Assembly: GCA_951804945.1 (NCBI GenBank)
Contig: OX638150.1
Span: 41,912,001-41,976,000, forward strand
DNA length: 64,000 bases
DNA from: Podarcis cretensis
Taxonomy: Eukaryota
Reading direction: 5' to 3'
Part shown: positions 39,658 through 51,742 of the stretch, piece after piece
Layout: each line of letters begins with the position of its first letter
Numbering within the stretch: position 1 is the first letter of the stretch
Notes under the pieces: generated by a model
The model's database searches: none
The model's input: only the letters and a program-made list of their open reading frames with translations
Told to the model about the DNA's origin: nothing
Made by a program: the position numbers and the translations under genes

Positions 39658-39949
39658 TATATCTATTCAATACACCAGAGATGCTTGGCTTTTCCTGCTC
39701 AGCTGTCTGCACTGACTCAGCCTCTCCTACATTAAACATGCACTCTTAGATTTGCCCATATATTTGCCCTTCTGTACTGAACAAAGGAGGGAAGAGCTTC
39801 TCTTTGTGAGCAAGCACGGTAGTGACTGGTGTAGGTGTCTTTTCCTTTCCCCATCTATGGATGTGATGCCTATGCCTTTTTGTGTTCCTATGTCTTTTTC
39901 TACTCTTTGAGATGTGGCCGCCATTTTGTATTGTGTCATGTTCCTACAC

Positions 39950-40590
39950 TGTCATGAACTGGCAGGACAATGAGTAGGAGGAGGGGGGTAGTTGGGACTG
40001 AGACACACTGGGGCAAGCAGGGGATGGAGAAAGAAGTACTTACAAGGTGATGGAGAATGGTGAGGAGATGGGGGTAATGCACAGGAACCAGAGCAGCAGG
40101 ACCTATCACCAGAGGGGCCGCTGTCTCCATGAACACAACAGGCTATGAGCTGTAGAGAGCAACAGGAGGGGCACTCTAGGAGTCTGAGGCAGGCAAGAGT
40201 CTACAGCCCAGCTCCCTAGCTGGCCAGGTGGGCCTCACTAGCTTTGGGAGGAGGTGTGTGATTTCTCAACTGCAACAGACTTGGAACAGGTGAGGGTCAC
40301 CTGCCTCATCAAGCCCATATGCTGCAATCAGCATGCAAAGTCCCAAAGGGAAGCAGAGCTGAGGTGCTGTGTCTGCTCAAGTGTCCATGTTGATGGATCT
40401 TGGCTTGTATGTTTCTGGGCCTCTAAGGGAATGTGCTTTGGGTTTGATTCTGGACTGCTGGAATTTGGACTTGGCTTAGTTGGACTGACGCTGGACTGTG
40501 TTTCCTGACCTTTGGACTTTGGCTTGCATGGATTGACCCCTGGAGTTTGAACTTTGGACTTGACCGACTGACTTGCTGCCAGGTAGGCCT
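39950..40590 (+). mobile_element. Older decayed LTR-like element; right end not resolved
   Basis: Begins TGTCATGAACTGGC; purine-rich first half; reiterated GGACTT/TGGACTG motifs in the last third; no TSD found. Confidence 0.45.
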
Positions 40591-41407
40591 GGGGTTCAGC
40601 TCTTTTTCAAAAGTCTAAACGGGTCCCAATTAGCAAATCTTGTTCTCTGTAAATAGTATGTTAAGGTTAAAAGATTTGTAAAAAAGATTTTTATCTTAAC
40701 CAAATTTTAGATTGACCAGCACTAATTCAGATACTAACCTCTGTGTACTCTGTCTTTTCTTTATTTTTCCTTCCCCTTGTCTAGAAAAAATACCATCAGC
40801 TTCACTGGGCTGTGTAAAGTAAAAATTAGTCACAATTAAAAAAAAAAGGAAAGACCATTTTGTGTGAGTGACTGATACTACTTTTTCTGTAGCTAATGTT
40901 TATTTTTCTGCATCTCCTGTCATAACCAGATAGTAGTGCCAAAAATCTGAACATAGCAGAAAGCTATTCAAACTGTTGAAGAAAATAGGTCTTTGTTGAA
41001 ACATCATTCAGTGAGATCCAGTGGTCCATTTCACACATAATTAAACAATGACTTAGTGTTTTAAGACTGAGGCACAGGAAACCTTGGGCTTATGAGCTTC
41101 CTTCCCCCATCCTCTGGCAAAGTGCAAGGAGTAGATTGGAAGCTTCAGTCATTTTAAATTAACCACAGTTTAATTTTATGTCTGAATGAAAAATCATGGT
41201 TAACCTTATCCATAGCTTCTTTAATACAAACCACCTTCATAAACTATGGATTGAAGGTGGCTTGTTTCCCCTAACCATAGCTAAGATTAATCAGTTTCAT
41301 ATGCCATGGCAAGCTATGGTTAATCTAAAATGGCAGTAAAATCTTTTGAATCTCTTGCAATAATACCAGAGGAGGAGGGAGGGTTATGCAAGACCATGAA
41401 GAGGGTA

Positions 41408-41732
41408 AAGGTAAAGGGACCCCTGACCATTAGGTCTAGTCGTGGCCAACTCTGGGGTTGTGGCGCTCATCTCGCTTATTTGGCCAAGGGAGCCGGCGTA
41501 CAGCTTCCAGGTCATGTGGCCAGCATGACTAAGCCGCTTCTGGAGAACCAGAGCAGCGCACAGAAACGCTGTTTACCTTCCTGCCGGAGCGGTACCTATT
41601 TATCTACTTGCACTTTGACATGCTTTCGAACTGCTAGGTTGGCAGGAGCAGGGACCGAGTAATGGGAGCTCACCGCCGACCTTCTGATCGGCAAGTCCTA
41701 GGCTCTGTGGTTTAACCCACAGCACCACCCAT
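41408..41732 (-). mobile_element. Sauria SINE
   Basis: (GGTAAA)n tail on plus = (TTTACC)n on minus; head ..GGTTTAACCCACAGCACCACCC; flanked by an 89-bp direct repeat. Confidence 0.9.
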
Positions 41733-42848
41733 GTTAATCTAAAATGACAGTAAAATCTTTTGAATTTCTTGCAATAATACCAGAGGAGGAGGGAGGGTTA
41801 TGCAAGACCATGAAGCGGGTAGATAATGCTAATTATCTAGGGATGTAGGCCTGTCCAGGCAGGTCTTGTACATGGAGCTGAAATCCTTCCGCGCTGTTCC
41901 TGAGGAAGTTGTGATCAGGTAGCACACCTTGTAAAATCCTTTCTTTCACTTTATTTGCGCTCAGAACAAAGTAACATTGTCACAGGTGCACATCAGTTAA
42001 GAGAAGCTGTCCCACACAATGTAAACTGCAGATAATATAAGCTGCACAAAAATGGTTAGACCTGCCTTCTGCTCAATCCTACACAATTGAAAAGAAATTG
42101 CAGTAAGCCGTATCAAATAAACACCTTCATTAAATGCTTAAAGTGAAGCCATCGGGATTAAAACAAGTGTGTCAACAAGTAAAACAAAGACATCCAGATA
42201 TAATCTTGTGGCAGGATGAAGCAATTACTGAGGGGGCACGTAAATAAAGAAATGCAACAAATCCCTTTCCTTTTATGCATCGACAAGTAAGCAGTAGCAA
42301 CGAGAGAACAATTAATTAATGCACAAAAGCTAGCTTCAGCTAGTGGCATATTTTGGCTGCCATCCCAAGAACATAAGCAGAGCCTCAACAGACCCCAGGC
42401 CTAGGAAGCTGGATCACAGCTGGAAGAAAGCAGGCACCTACTTGGTGCTAAAATAGCACTACCAGCTCCAGCAATTTCACCACACTTCTCATAATACCAC
42501 TGTGAGATGAAAGCCCTTGAGGGAGCACTCAGAAGGTGAATGTGGGGCCAGCCCCCCACCCCGGGTGCCAGAGAGGTTTGGTTTCTTGGTTCCCTTGAGC
42601 TTGTGCTGATGCTCTGTGGAGGAGAAAAGTTGATGAAAGATGGGAAGCTCCAGTCAATAACTAGAGTTAAGAACTGTTGTTCACTTTTTCAGATTTTAGC
42701 AGTTGTAGAAAAGATGTTGAGTGGTCACATAGTGATGGTAATATGTAGTTTGGTCCAAAGGTGGCTGGTGCCCATTGTGACTGGTAGAGTGGAAGGCAGG
42801 GAGGCCAACAGTAGGTGGAGCCAGATCCAATGACAAGAAGAGTCAACT

Positions 42849-42922
42849 GTTGTTGTTGTTTAGTCGTTTGGTCGTGTCCGACTCTTCGTGACCCCATGGA
42901 CCAGAGCATGCCAGGCACTTCT
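42849..42922 (-). mobile_element. Severely 5'-truncated BovB 3' end
   Basis: (GTT)n tail plus TAGTCGTTTGGTCGTGTCCGACTCTTCGTGACCCCATGG; 11-bp TSD AAGAGTCAACT (42838-42848 / 42923-42933). Confidence 0.85.
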
Positions 42923-45900
42923 AAGAGTCAACTAAGTCTAGTTTTCTCCCCATCAGCCTCCTTGCTGAGCTGGACAAGGGCAACATTGGGCTTAAGAAGG
43001 AGAACATTGCCAGCAAGGGCCACCTCCCAGTCTAAAAAAGCAGGCAGGGGCTGGCTGAAGGCTGACTGAGCTTGGTGGCGCAGCACCCTATTTATCCTAA
43101 TAGATTAGCCTCCAGGTGTTTGGTCCTGTGTGTGTAACTTATGCAAGTGGTCTCAGCATAATAGTCTGGAATTTTGGGACTCCCATTCATGTTGGGCTGA
43201 ACTCCCAGACTACGGCAGACTCCTACATGACATTTGCTGCCTCCGGCAAAGGACAAGATGGCACCCCTCCCATTTCATAAACAAGTGAACCAGATTGGCC
43301 AGCTCTTATTTCAGCAGTCACAGTGGGGCAGCATCCTGCACTGAATCGGAGGGCAACAGGGCAGCTTAGGGGGCACAGAGCAGGCTGCAATGTGGCATGC
43401 TCATCTCTGTTCCTCCAATGCCTCACCACCACTCCCTGCCCCAGAGCATCTGCTGCCTGAGGCAGCTGCCTCACTCTGCCTAAGGGTAGAGCCAGCCCTG
43501 CAAGCTAAAAAGATTCATATCGACCAGCAACTTACCTGGATTTACACAGAGCACAGTAATGTGAGCTGGAACCCTTAGCAATGTCTTAATTCAAACTCCT
43601 GGCCCGCTTCCCCTCCAGGCAGCATTTACAATGGAAACATTTAACAAGTGTGTGTGTGTGTGTGTGTGCAGCCAAATGTCAACCAAGGTTGAAAGGAGCC
43701 TTTTGTTCAGTGCCTTGGGGCTTTGAGCTCCAATTCTTTACAAATATTTGTTTGATTTTGGTGGAGGAAAACAAGAACATTCCTGATAATGAAGAGGAGA
43801 TAATTATCCCACAATCAGGGAGGGAAAAAACTTCAAAAGGCTCTGCTTGATCTTACATTAGAGTGAGCTGGGCTGGGTAGCTCCCTTGTGGCTGTCTCAT
43901 ATTTACTGCTTTCCTTAAAGGATAATGACAGAAGCATATTGTCCCTGCTAGCTGCGTTTGATTTACTGGACCTGAAAAAGAGTGAAGCTAATGGATGAAG
44001 AAAGGAGCAAAAGGGGTTTTATGGTGCAAGTTTGCACCTTCACATTCCTGCTTCATTTGCTCAACTCATCCTTAGCACAGTTTTCAGCTCTGGACTTGGG
44101 CAATCTTTACTTCGAAAAACACACACAACATTCCTCCCTTTTAGGAAGGCCAGGCCATATGCTTCTCCTTCCCTCATTCTCAGTCTTTGGCTGAATCCCA
44201 GACAGTAGTTCTTGAACAACCATACATAAAAACTGCTCTCTCTTGTGTGGAGTTTATGAAAAATATAAAACTGTGAAAATATGCATGAGTTTTCAGTGCC
44301 TGTTATTGGATAGGCAATACCTAGGTTTTGTGTCCCCATGATGCTTTACCTTCTTCCAAAACATGCTTGCCTCCTACAGAAACACCACTACTCATAGCAG
44401 CTCTGCACTGAAGGAAATAAAACTCTAGCACCTTCAAGGCATGCACATGATGGAGTTTTTATCCCATCCACAGAAACAACAGTGATAATAATAATAATAC
44501 AGCAGATCCCAAATTCAGAGTAGCTCTATGCTTGGCCAGACAGCAGTGAGGTGTGATGGAGCAGCACATCCACTGCCACATCCACAGCTCTACTGCTCAT
44601 GTTAGCCATGGTGCAAGGCAAGGGGGCAGGCAAAACCCTGCTTCATGCTATACCAAGCTGGAGTTGTTACAGCAACTACGTCTCATGGCATCAAGTAGCA
44701 GCAATAGGGTTTGCTTGGGATCCTCCCTTCCAGACCTAGAACAGCTGTTCAGCAGTACTTCTGCATATTCACACTTTTGGCAGGGGGAACAGGAAGCTCC
44801 ATGCTGGAGAAGTGACATCAGCATCACTCCATGGCCAGATGCTGGTGAAACTGTGGGTTGGATGGAAGTAGGTCCCCCATCCTCCACCATCCAGAATTGT
44901 GGGGTTTGGCTGGTTTGCAGCTTATTATTAATATTAAAATGCTAAACAATATTTGAGAGAAATATGGACACTCAGAGGCCTCATAAGTTTTCGATATTAA
45001 CAGGCCTTGCTCAAGACATGTCACTACTTGTGAATGACAAGATGGTGACTTCTGCACCATGCATGGAAGCCAACTGGACCAGCTGTTGAATCTTACCTGA
45101 ACACCACCCCAGCCCTTTCCCCAACATCTGCCACCTGAGGTGGCCACCTCACTCTGCCTAATAGAAGAGCAGGTCAAGGTTCTAAAAACCAAGCCTTGAT
45201 AGCTTGCATGTTATACTCTCTTTTTTACCTTCACCCTTTTCCTTTGAAATTCAGCCACTTCCTACATTCTCCCGGTTCCCCTCTCCCTACTTCCCTCTCT
45301 TTTGTCTCCTGCTTTCCCAATTGTTCCACTCACCCCTCTGTCAGCTCAGGACCTGCCTCTGATTCCTCCACATCTGGCCCTTTGTACTGCTGTAAGGAGT
45401 CTTACGAGGCTTCAAACATCACCCAGCTGCTCTGCAGCCCCACTTCTAGTCTGCCAGGGTCTGTGTCCCGTGGGACCAGGTAGGAGACAGTGCTGCAGCC
45501 AGACATAGGGCTCATCCACACTTACTTTTTGACCAGCGCTTTCTAGGTACAGGTCTGTGCTTTCCTGGTCCATATCTGAGTGCTTCCCCCTGTCCAGCAC
45601 TTTCCCGCGGCTTGCAGAGAGTTGCCTGCATGCCGAAGGCTGGGTGTGGTGAGCTCAGCACACCCAGGCTTCATGCATCTCTCCGCAAGGCGCAGGAGCC
45701 CGGGGCCGGGCTCCCATGGCTTGCGGAGAGTTGCCTGTTCTGGGGGTTGGGGTCGGGGGAAGCTCGGGCTTCCCCCGCCCCAGCCCTGCGCTGGGGGGGG
45801 GGAATAATTTCCCCCCCTTTATTTCCCCCTCAAAAAACTAGGTGCGCCTTATGGGACGGTGCGTCTATAGGGCGAAAAATACGGTAATTATGTAATGCAG

Positions 45901-46379
45901 AGGGCAAGCTAAGCCAATTGCCCTCACTCTAAATGCACACCTTCACTGCTGCCCAACCCTGTGGTGGGCTGCTACACTTGCATACGCTTTCAAGTCACCT
46001 TCAAAGAATTGTCAAAAGTGGAGGCAATTTTCAGTGCTGCTGAAAGTGTCCCTGAACAGCAAACCCCATTCTAAACTCATTTCTAAAAATATTATCCAGT
46101 GGTTTATATGGATGTTATGGAAAGAAAACAGAATAAAAGCCAAGAGAAGTATCACAGTTATTTGACTACCAGGAGTTCCACCCAGATCCCTTTTAGTTCC
46201 CAGCAGCCTAATCAACTGTTCAGATGCCTGGGATTAGACTAAAGAGATTCTTTGGGATTCTATGAAGAGTTCTTAGGCTGGGGTAGCAGTAGTGTCCAGC
46301 AGCCTGAATTGCTTTTGGGTGAGAGTGAAAAGGTAATTAAAGTTACAATTAAGATTACACTTCATAAATTTGTTTAGTA

Positions 46380-46624
46380 CAGTGGTACCTCAGGTTAAGT
46401 ACTTAATTCGTTCCAGAAGTCTGTTCTTAACTTGAAACTGTTCTTAACCTGAAGCACCACTTTAGCTAATGGGGCCTCCTGCTGCTGCTGCTGCGCCGCC
46501 GGAGCCCGATTTCTGTTCTTATCCTGAAGCAAAGTACTTAACCTGAAGCACTATTTCTGGGTTAGCGGAGTGTGTAACCTGAAGTATATGTAACCTGAAG
46601 CATATGTAACCCGAGGTACCACTG
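46380..46624 (+). mobile_element. Tigger-like MITE, copy 4
   Basis: Same TIRs and TA TSD. Confidence 0.9.
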
Positions 46625-48048
46625 TATATTATATCCCCCCCCCCCAGTGTTTTTGAAACGTAGGTGTTAGCATGGACAGTGTCAGTTACCGCTATACATT
46701 TTTCAGTGTTTCACATTATACTGCATAATATATACCTCTCAGCTAAGGTTGACCATTTAAATATTCGTGTCCGAGTTTATATTTTATGTCTTCCAAATCT
46801 GCAGCAGCCCTGAAAAAGTTAAAGCGTTATTTTCCCACCCCCATCATCAAAATGCGCTTGGGCCACTTACAGGTATCAATAAATCATTACCTCCGAGTAC
46901 CAGCTTGAGGCTTTGCCTCTTCTCTCATTCTGTTTAAACCAGCAGGAGGATCTGTGACAGTGACAGGTTTGCCCTCTTGTCATGGATCTGGCCGCTTAGT
47001 CTCCGCTCTCTGCTAACCAAGGACAGTGACAGAGCCAGGCAGAGAAGTTCATAGCTAGTGACATCTCCTGTCGGTGGGAAACAGAATGGCCTTGTTATAT
47101 CGGGGCCAAAGGGAGAGCATCACTGGGGTTAAAGAGTACATGAAATTTAGCAGGGTACCTGGTCCAGGCAAAGGAAGGGAAGGGACACTGATAACATCTT
47201 TCTAGAAGGCAATTGTACCATATGGAAGGTGCACAATAACCTATTTGTCCACCTAGGCAGAGCCTTCCTTGGGCAGAAAAGAGTCTTTTCTGCCATCACA
47301 TGCTACCCGATCCTTTCAACTGTGCTCCCTTACTGAGCAGGGGTGGGGAACCTTTGGCCCACCAGTTGTTGCTGAACAAAATCTCCCATCAGCCGCAGCC
47401 GGCATGCTCAATAGTCAAAGCTGCTGGGATTTGTAGTCCAACAACATCTGGTGCTCCAAAGTGCTATGGAGCCTTCACAGAAAAAGTTCCCAGCAGCCTT
47501 CCATTTTGCAGACTGAATGAACTCCAGGTTTCTTGGGATTTTTTCCTCCCGCCCTCCCGCATGGATCATTAGTCCAGGAGAACAGGAGGGATGGGAAGGA
47601 GACTGCACTCGGAATCTATTGCAAGTGTCCAAATCCAACAATATTCTGGGAGAACCATTCATGTGTAGAGCCAGCCCTCAAAAGCAATACAGATGTTTGG
47701 TAGTGGCTTGCATAGGAATAACTATGTACCCAACCACTGCCTGGAAGTAGCTCAGTGAATAGCACTGAACATAAACGTGTGTGATCAAGACCAGAATACA
47801 AGTGAGATAAGCTAATATGGCACTGTAAACTACTTTGTGTTTTTGTGTTAGAATAACCAGTTTAGTGGTGTAAGGTTTTGAGAGGTTTAGCCTATTTTAT
47901 ATATTGAGAACTGTTGAGCATGTCTAACCTGCAACGCTTGAGGATTAAGCACTCTGAATGAGGCTGTGGTTCCCCATGTTTGGGATGACATACACATTTG
48001 CTCTAGTCCAGCAGGGAGATAGAATGAAGGAGCCACTTCACACAGGCT

Positions 48049-48082
<34 letters not shown>

Positions 48083-48935
48083 GAGATATGCCAGAGATGA
48101 ATATTTTTTGAAATGTGGGGAAAGAAAGTTTCTTACTCCCAAAAGGAATTTTATGAAATTTATCATTGAAAATTAAAGTAAATCGGCTTGTAATCAGTTT
48201 TAGGCATGAGAGTTTGTTCTCCACCAGCACATATTTGTTTTATAATTTACAGACTATTGATCCAGGGCTAATTCGCCATTTAAGAAGATTGGCATTAGCA
48301 AGTTCCATTATAGCATGCTGGGAATTATTATGGGTATTGGCAGCTCTGCTTCATTTACATTTCGCAGACATTCACTTTGATGCAGTGAAAGTTAAAACCC
48401 ATGATATAAGGAAACTATATCAATTTGAAAAGGCAATTAATAATAATAGGTCACAACTAGCCATTCTTTCATGGACATCACTGGACTCATTTTTTCCATA
48501 CCACTAACCATTTTTGTTTCTATTATCCTGTGGGGTGACATTTTTCTCTGGGAAAGAGATATCCTCCACCAATCTACAGAGTCCGTCCCCCTGGGGCAAT
48601 CTGTGTGGTGCACAGGTTGTATGGTCTTTTGCTCATTTTCACTCTATTTAGCTTTGGCTTGTTAGCAGTGTCTTCATTGTTTACTTTTTGCCAGGTGTCA
48701 AATATTAATGTCATAAGCTATCAAATACTGACAGTTCTAGAGATGGTTGCCAAGTACCAAAAAAACAACATGCATGCCAGCAACCTAATATTGCCAAAAA
48801 AGAGAAAATAGTATTGGAAGTCTGTTACCAAATGCTGTCATAAAGACTTAAGAAGAGCCTGCTGGATCAGGCCAATGGCCCGTCTAGTCCAGCACCCTGT
48901 TCTTACAACTGCCAAACAGATGCCTGTGGGCAATC

Positions 48936-49772
48936 TGTGGGATGTGAAACACAGAGCAGTCAAATACAACATCCCTAGATTGGACATAAAAGGGGATGTC
49001 TGGACCAGCCAGTCGGAACTTCCTGTTTCCTCCTGGGCTGGTACAGACTTCCTCTGCATGTGACTAGAGGTGGGCGTGGCCTCACCTGTGCAGGTAACAA
49101 AATACCTCAGCGGAGGCTACCATCTCTCTCTCTTTGACTCCATTCCTTGAAGAAGCAACATCTGCTTAGCCTAAGATGCTCTCTTGGCTTACAGCCAAAA
49201 GAGGACAAAGGAGCTATCTCCTTATGGGATAGTTTCCAGGTATACAGTGATACCTCGGGTTAAGAACTTAATTCACTCGTTCTTAACCTGAAACTGTTCT
49301 TAACCTGAGGTACCACTTTAGCTAATGGGGCCTCCTGCTGTCGCCACACCGCCGCCGCACGATTTCTGTTCTCATCCTGAAGCAAATTTCTTAACCCAAG
49401 GTACTATTTCTGGGTTAGCGGAGTCTGTAACCTGAAACGTCTGTAACCTGAAGCGTCTGTAACCCGAGGTACCACTGTATTTCTTTTGTAACTTAAGCCT
49501 GCCTTCTGGGATCCACCTGTGAACAGAATGAGTGAGTAAACTCTTTATACTTTTATAGAAGTCTGTGTCATGCCTTTCTTTTAATGAGGAACTAAAGGGG
49601 AAATGACCAGGAAACTTATTTTAGAGGCTTATACAAGCCTGGTAAACGCTAGCCGCTGCACAAGTTTAAAAGGGGGAATGTTACTCTGCTAAATTGTAGA
49701 ATTTGTTAACACAAGTTGGAAAGGATATAATTAAACAATATATCGTCGCCTGCCTCCCTGAACATTCCCACA
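48936..49772. mobile_element. Solo LTR of a second family
   Basis: TGTGGGA...TCCCACA inverted termini; 5-bp TSD CAATC (48931-48935 / 49773-49777). Confidence 0.85.
49245..49477 (+). mobile_element. Tigger-like MITE, copy 5, nested in a solo LTR
   Basis: Same TIRs (one mismatch) and TA TSD. Confidence 0.9.
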
Positions 49773-50402
49773 CAATCTCTAAGCGGGAGCTGAGAATAAG
49801 AGCACTCTCCCCTCCTGAAGTTTCTAGAAACTGGTATTCAGAAGCATACTGGCTCCAACTTTGGAGGAAGGGCATAGCCATCATGGCCAGCAGCCTTGTT
49901 GTCCACAAATTTATGTAATCCTCTTTTAAAGCAATAGAAGATGGTGGCCGTCACTGCCTTCTGTGGGAGTGAACGCCAAACTGTGGGAAGAAGCACTTTC
50001 TTTTGTCTGCGCTGAATCTTCCAAAGTTCTGTTTCATTTGGATGTCCACAGGTTCTAGTTTGGGACTTTTTTGTTTATAAAAAAAAAAAGTGAGGAAAAG
50101 GTGACGTTAGAAGTTTATAAAATCACGCCTGGCGTGGAGAAAGTGGATAGAGAAAAGTTTTTCTCCCTCTCTCAAGACACTAAAACTTGTGGACATCCAA
50201 TGGCTACATTCTAGTCTTCCAGTATGGACAATGATCTGAGGGCAAGTTAACATATTTTGGTTAAAAGATCAGCATCTTAACTTTTGAGTTCTTTGATGAT
50301 TTTTTTGGGCGGGGGATGCCAACCACACCCAGTGATTTCAGTTGTTATTTTACCCATTAGGCTTTGAACTTCATTGAATATGAAATACCCTTTTATGCCA
50401 AC

Positions 50403-50806
50403 TGTCAGGGAACTGCCATCGGAAAGACAGGCGGTGGAGGGGCTCTCAGAAGTCAGGAGAGACTCAGCAGCGGCGGAAGGCAGCAGCAGGGGGAGAGTGG
50501 GAGATCAGGGAGAGAGAGAGACGAAGGAATGGCTCAGGGAGTCTTCCAGCGATAACAGCGGAGAAGTCTCAGGTCCTCCCATAGGTACACCCACTCCTCG
50601 CCGGAAACTGTTGCACCGAGAATCTAGACGACGCGTTTCCGTCAAGGAGCTTTTGCTGGAGTAGATTCCGTAAGCGCCCACTGTCAGATGCTGCCAGCGA
50701 CTGAGGGAGCCATGCTTAAGGGCTCCGCTAAAAACAGAGCCTTGCTAAGTTGAGCAAACTCTGAGGGACTAAGCTTTACGCACAAGCAGCTCATCATCCC
50801 ATCACA
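50403..50806 (+). mobile_element. Divergent solo LTR of the same family
   Basis: TGTCAGGGAACTGCCATCGGA...TCCCATCACA; 5-bp TSD CCAAC (50398-50402 / 50807-50811). Confidence 0.85.
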
Positions 50807-51559
50807 CCAACCAAACACAACAACATTTCAACCATTAAATACTCTCTCAACTACCACTGCATGCAAGGAAAGGGAAACTTCAAGTAGGTAGAAAATGCTC
50901 CTAACTAGATTCTCCTTTCTCTAAACAACAGTAGTCTGGCAGTTACAAATCCTTCAACCTCAAAGAAACCACAAAGCTATACCACAGAGTACTAAAACTA
51001 TTACTCTCGCAACTCTTTCATATCCAATCAGACGACAGTGTATCATCCACTAAAGTGAGGCTATTGAAACTGGAATTCAGTTAAGAGAGTTCACAATGAA
51101 ATGCCATTGTTTTGCCAATATTTCACCTTCTGATATAAAATCTGACTACTTCTTTTTCTAGTTTTTTCGGTTTCAGGATTTTGACAAAATATTCTGATAC
51201 CTGGACCACAGGTTTATTGTAGTGATTCTCACAAATAGATTTTTCTCAGTCTTTGAAATAGCAAAGAGATAGTTTCTACTCAGCGAAGTTACCTGGTGGT
51301 CTTTGTTTTGCAGTGAAACTGAAACAGACAAAAATAATTCAAAAATAAAGTGAATGAATAGCAATACTTGCATTGGCCGGCTGCAAAAGTCAAATGCAGT
51401 TTGTTGCTGGATTAAAAGCCCTGATACACTCAAAATATGTGAGGAACATTGCCCATAGGCCTCTCTGATTTTGCTCTAGAATTAGTAAACAGTAAGAACA
51501 TTTTTTCTCCTGTATTTTAGAACCAGCTCACCTTCTTTTTCTCAACAAGACACCTGTTT

Positions 51560-51694
51560 GCTTGATTATTCTGTGCAATGTCAGAGTGCTTAGACCTGTG
51601 AAAAGAAGTTGTAATCATTCATCTTGTTTTTATTATTGATTGTAAGCCGCTCTGAGCCCGGCCTTGGCTGGGGAGGGCGGAGTATAAATAAAAA

Positions 51695-51741
<47 letters not shown>
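51560..51741 (+). mobile_element. L2-type LINE 3' end with (TTA)n tail
   Basis: TTGTAAGCCGCTCTGAG..GGGAGGGCGGAGTATAAATAAA(TTA)n; left boundary approximate. Confidence 0.55.

Positions 51742-51742
<1 letters not shown>

Larger units (their letters stand above)
48848..50060 (-). mobile_element. Old CR1-type 3' end split by the solo LTR
   Basis: AAGAAGAGCCTGCTGGATCAGGCCAATGGCCCGTCTAGTCCAGC...GCCTGTGGG continues after 49777 with CR1-like antisense sequence; related pieces near 6035-6220 and 57820-57930. Confidence 0.65.
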
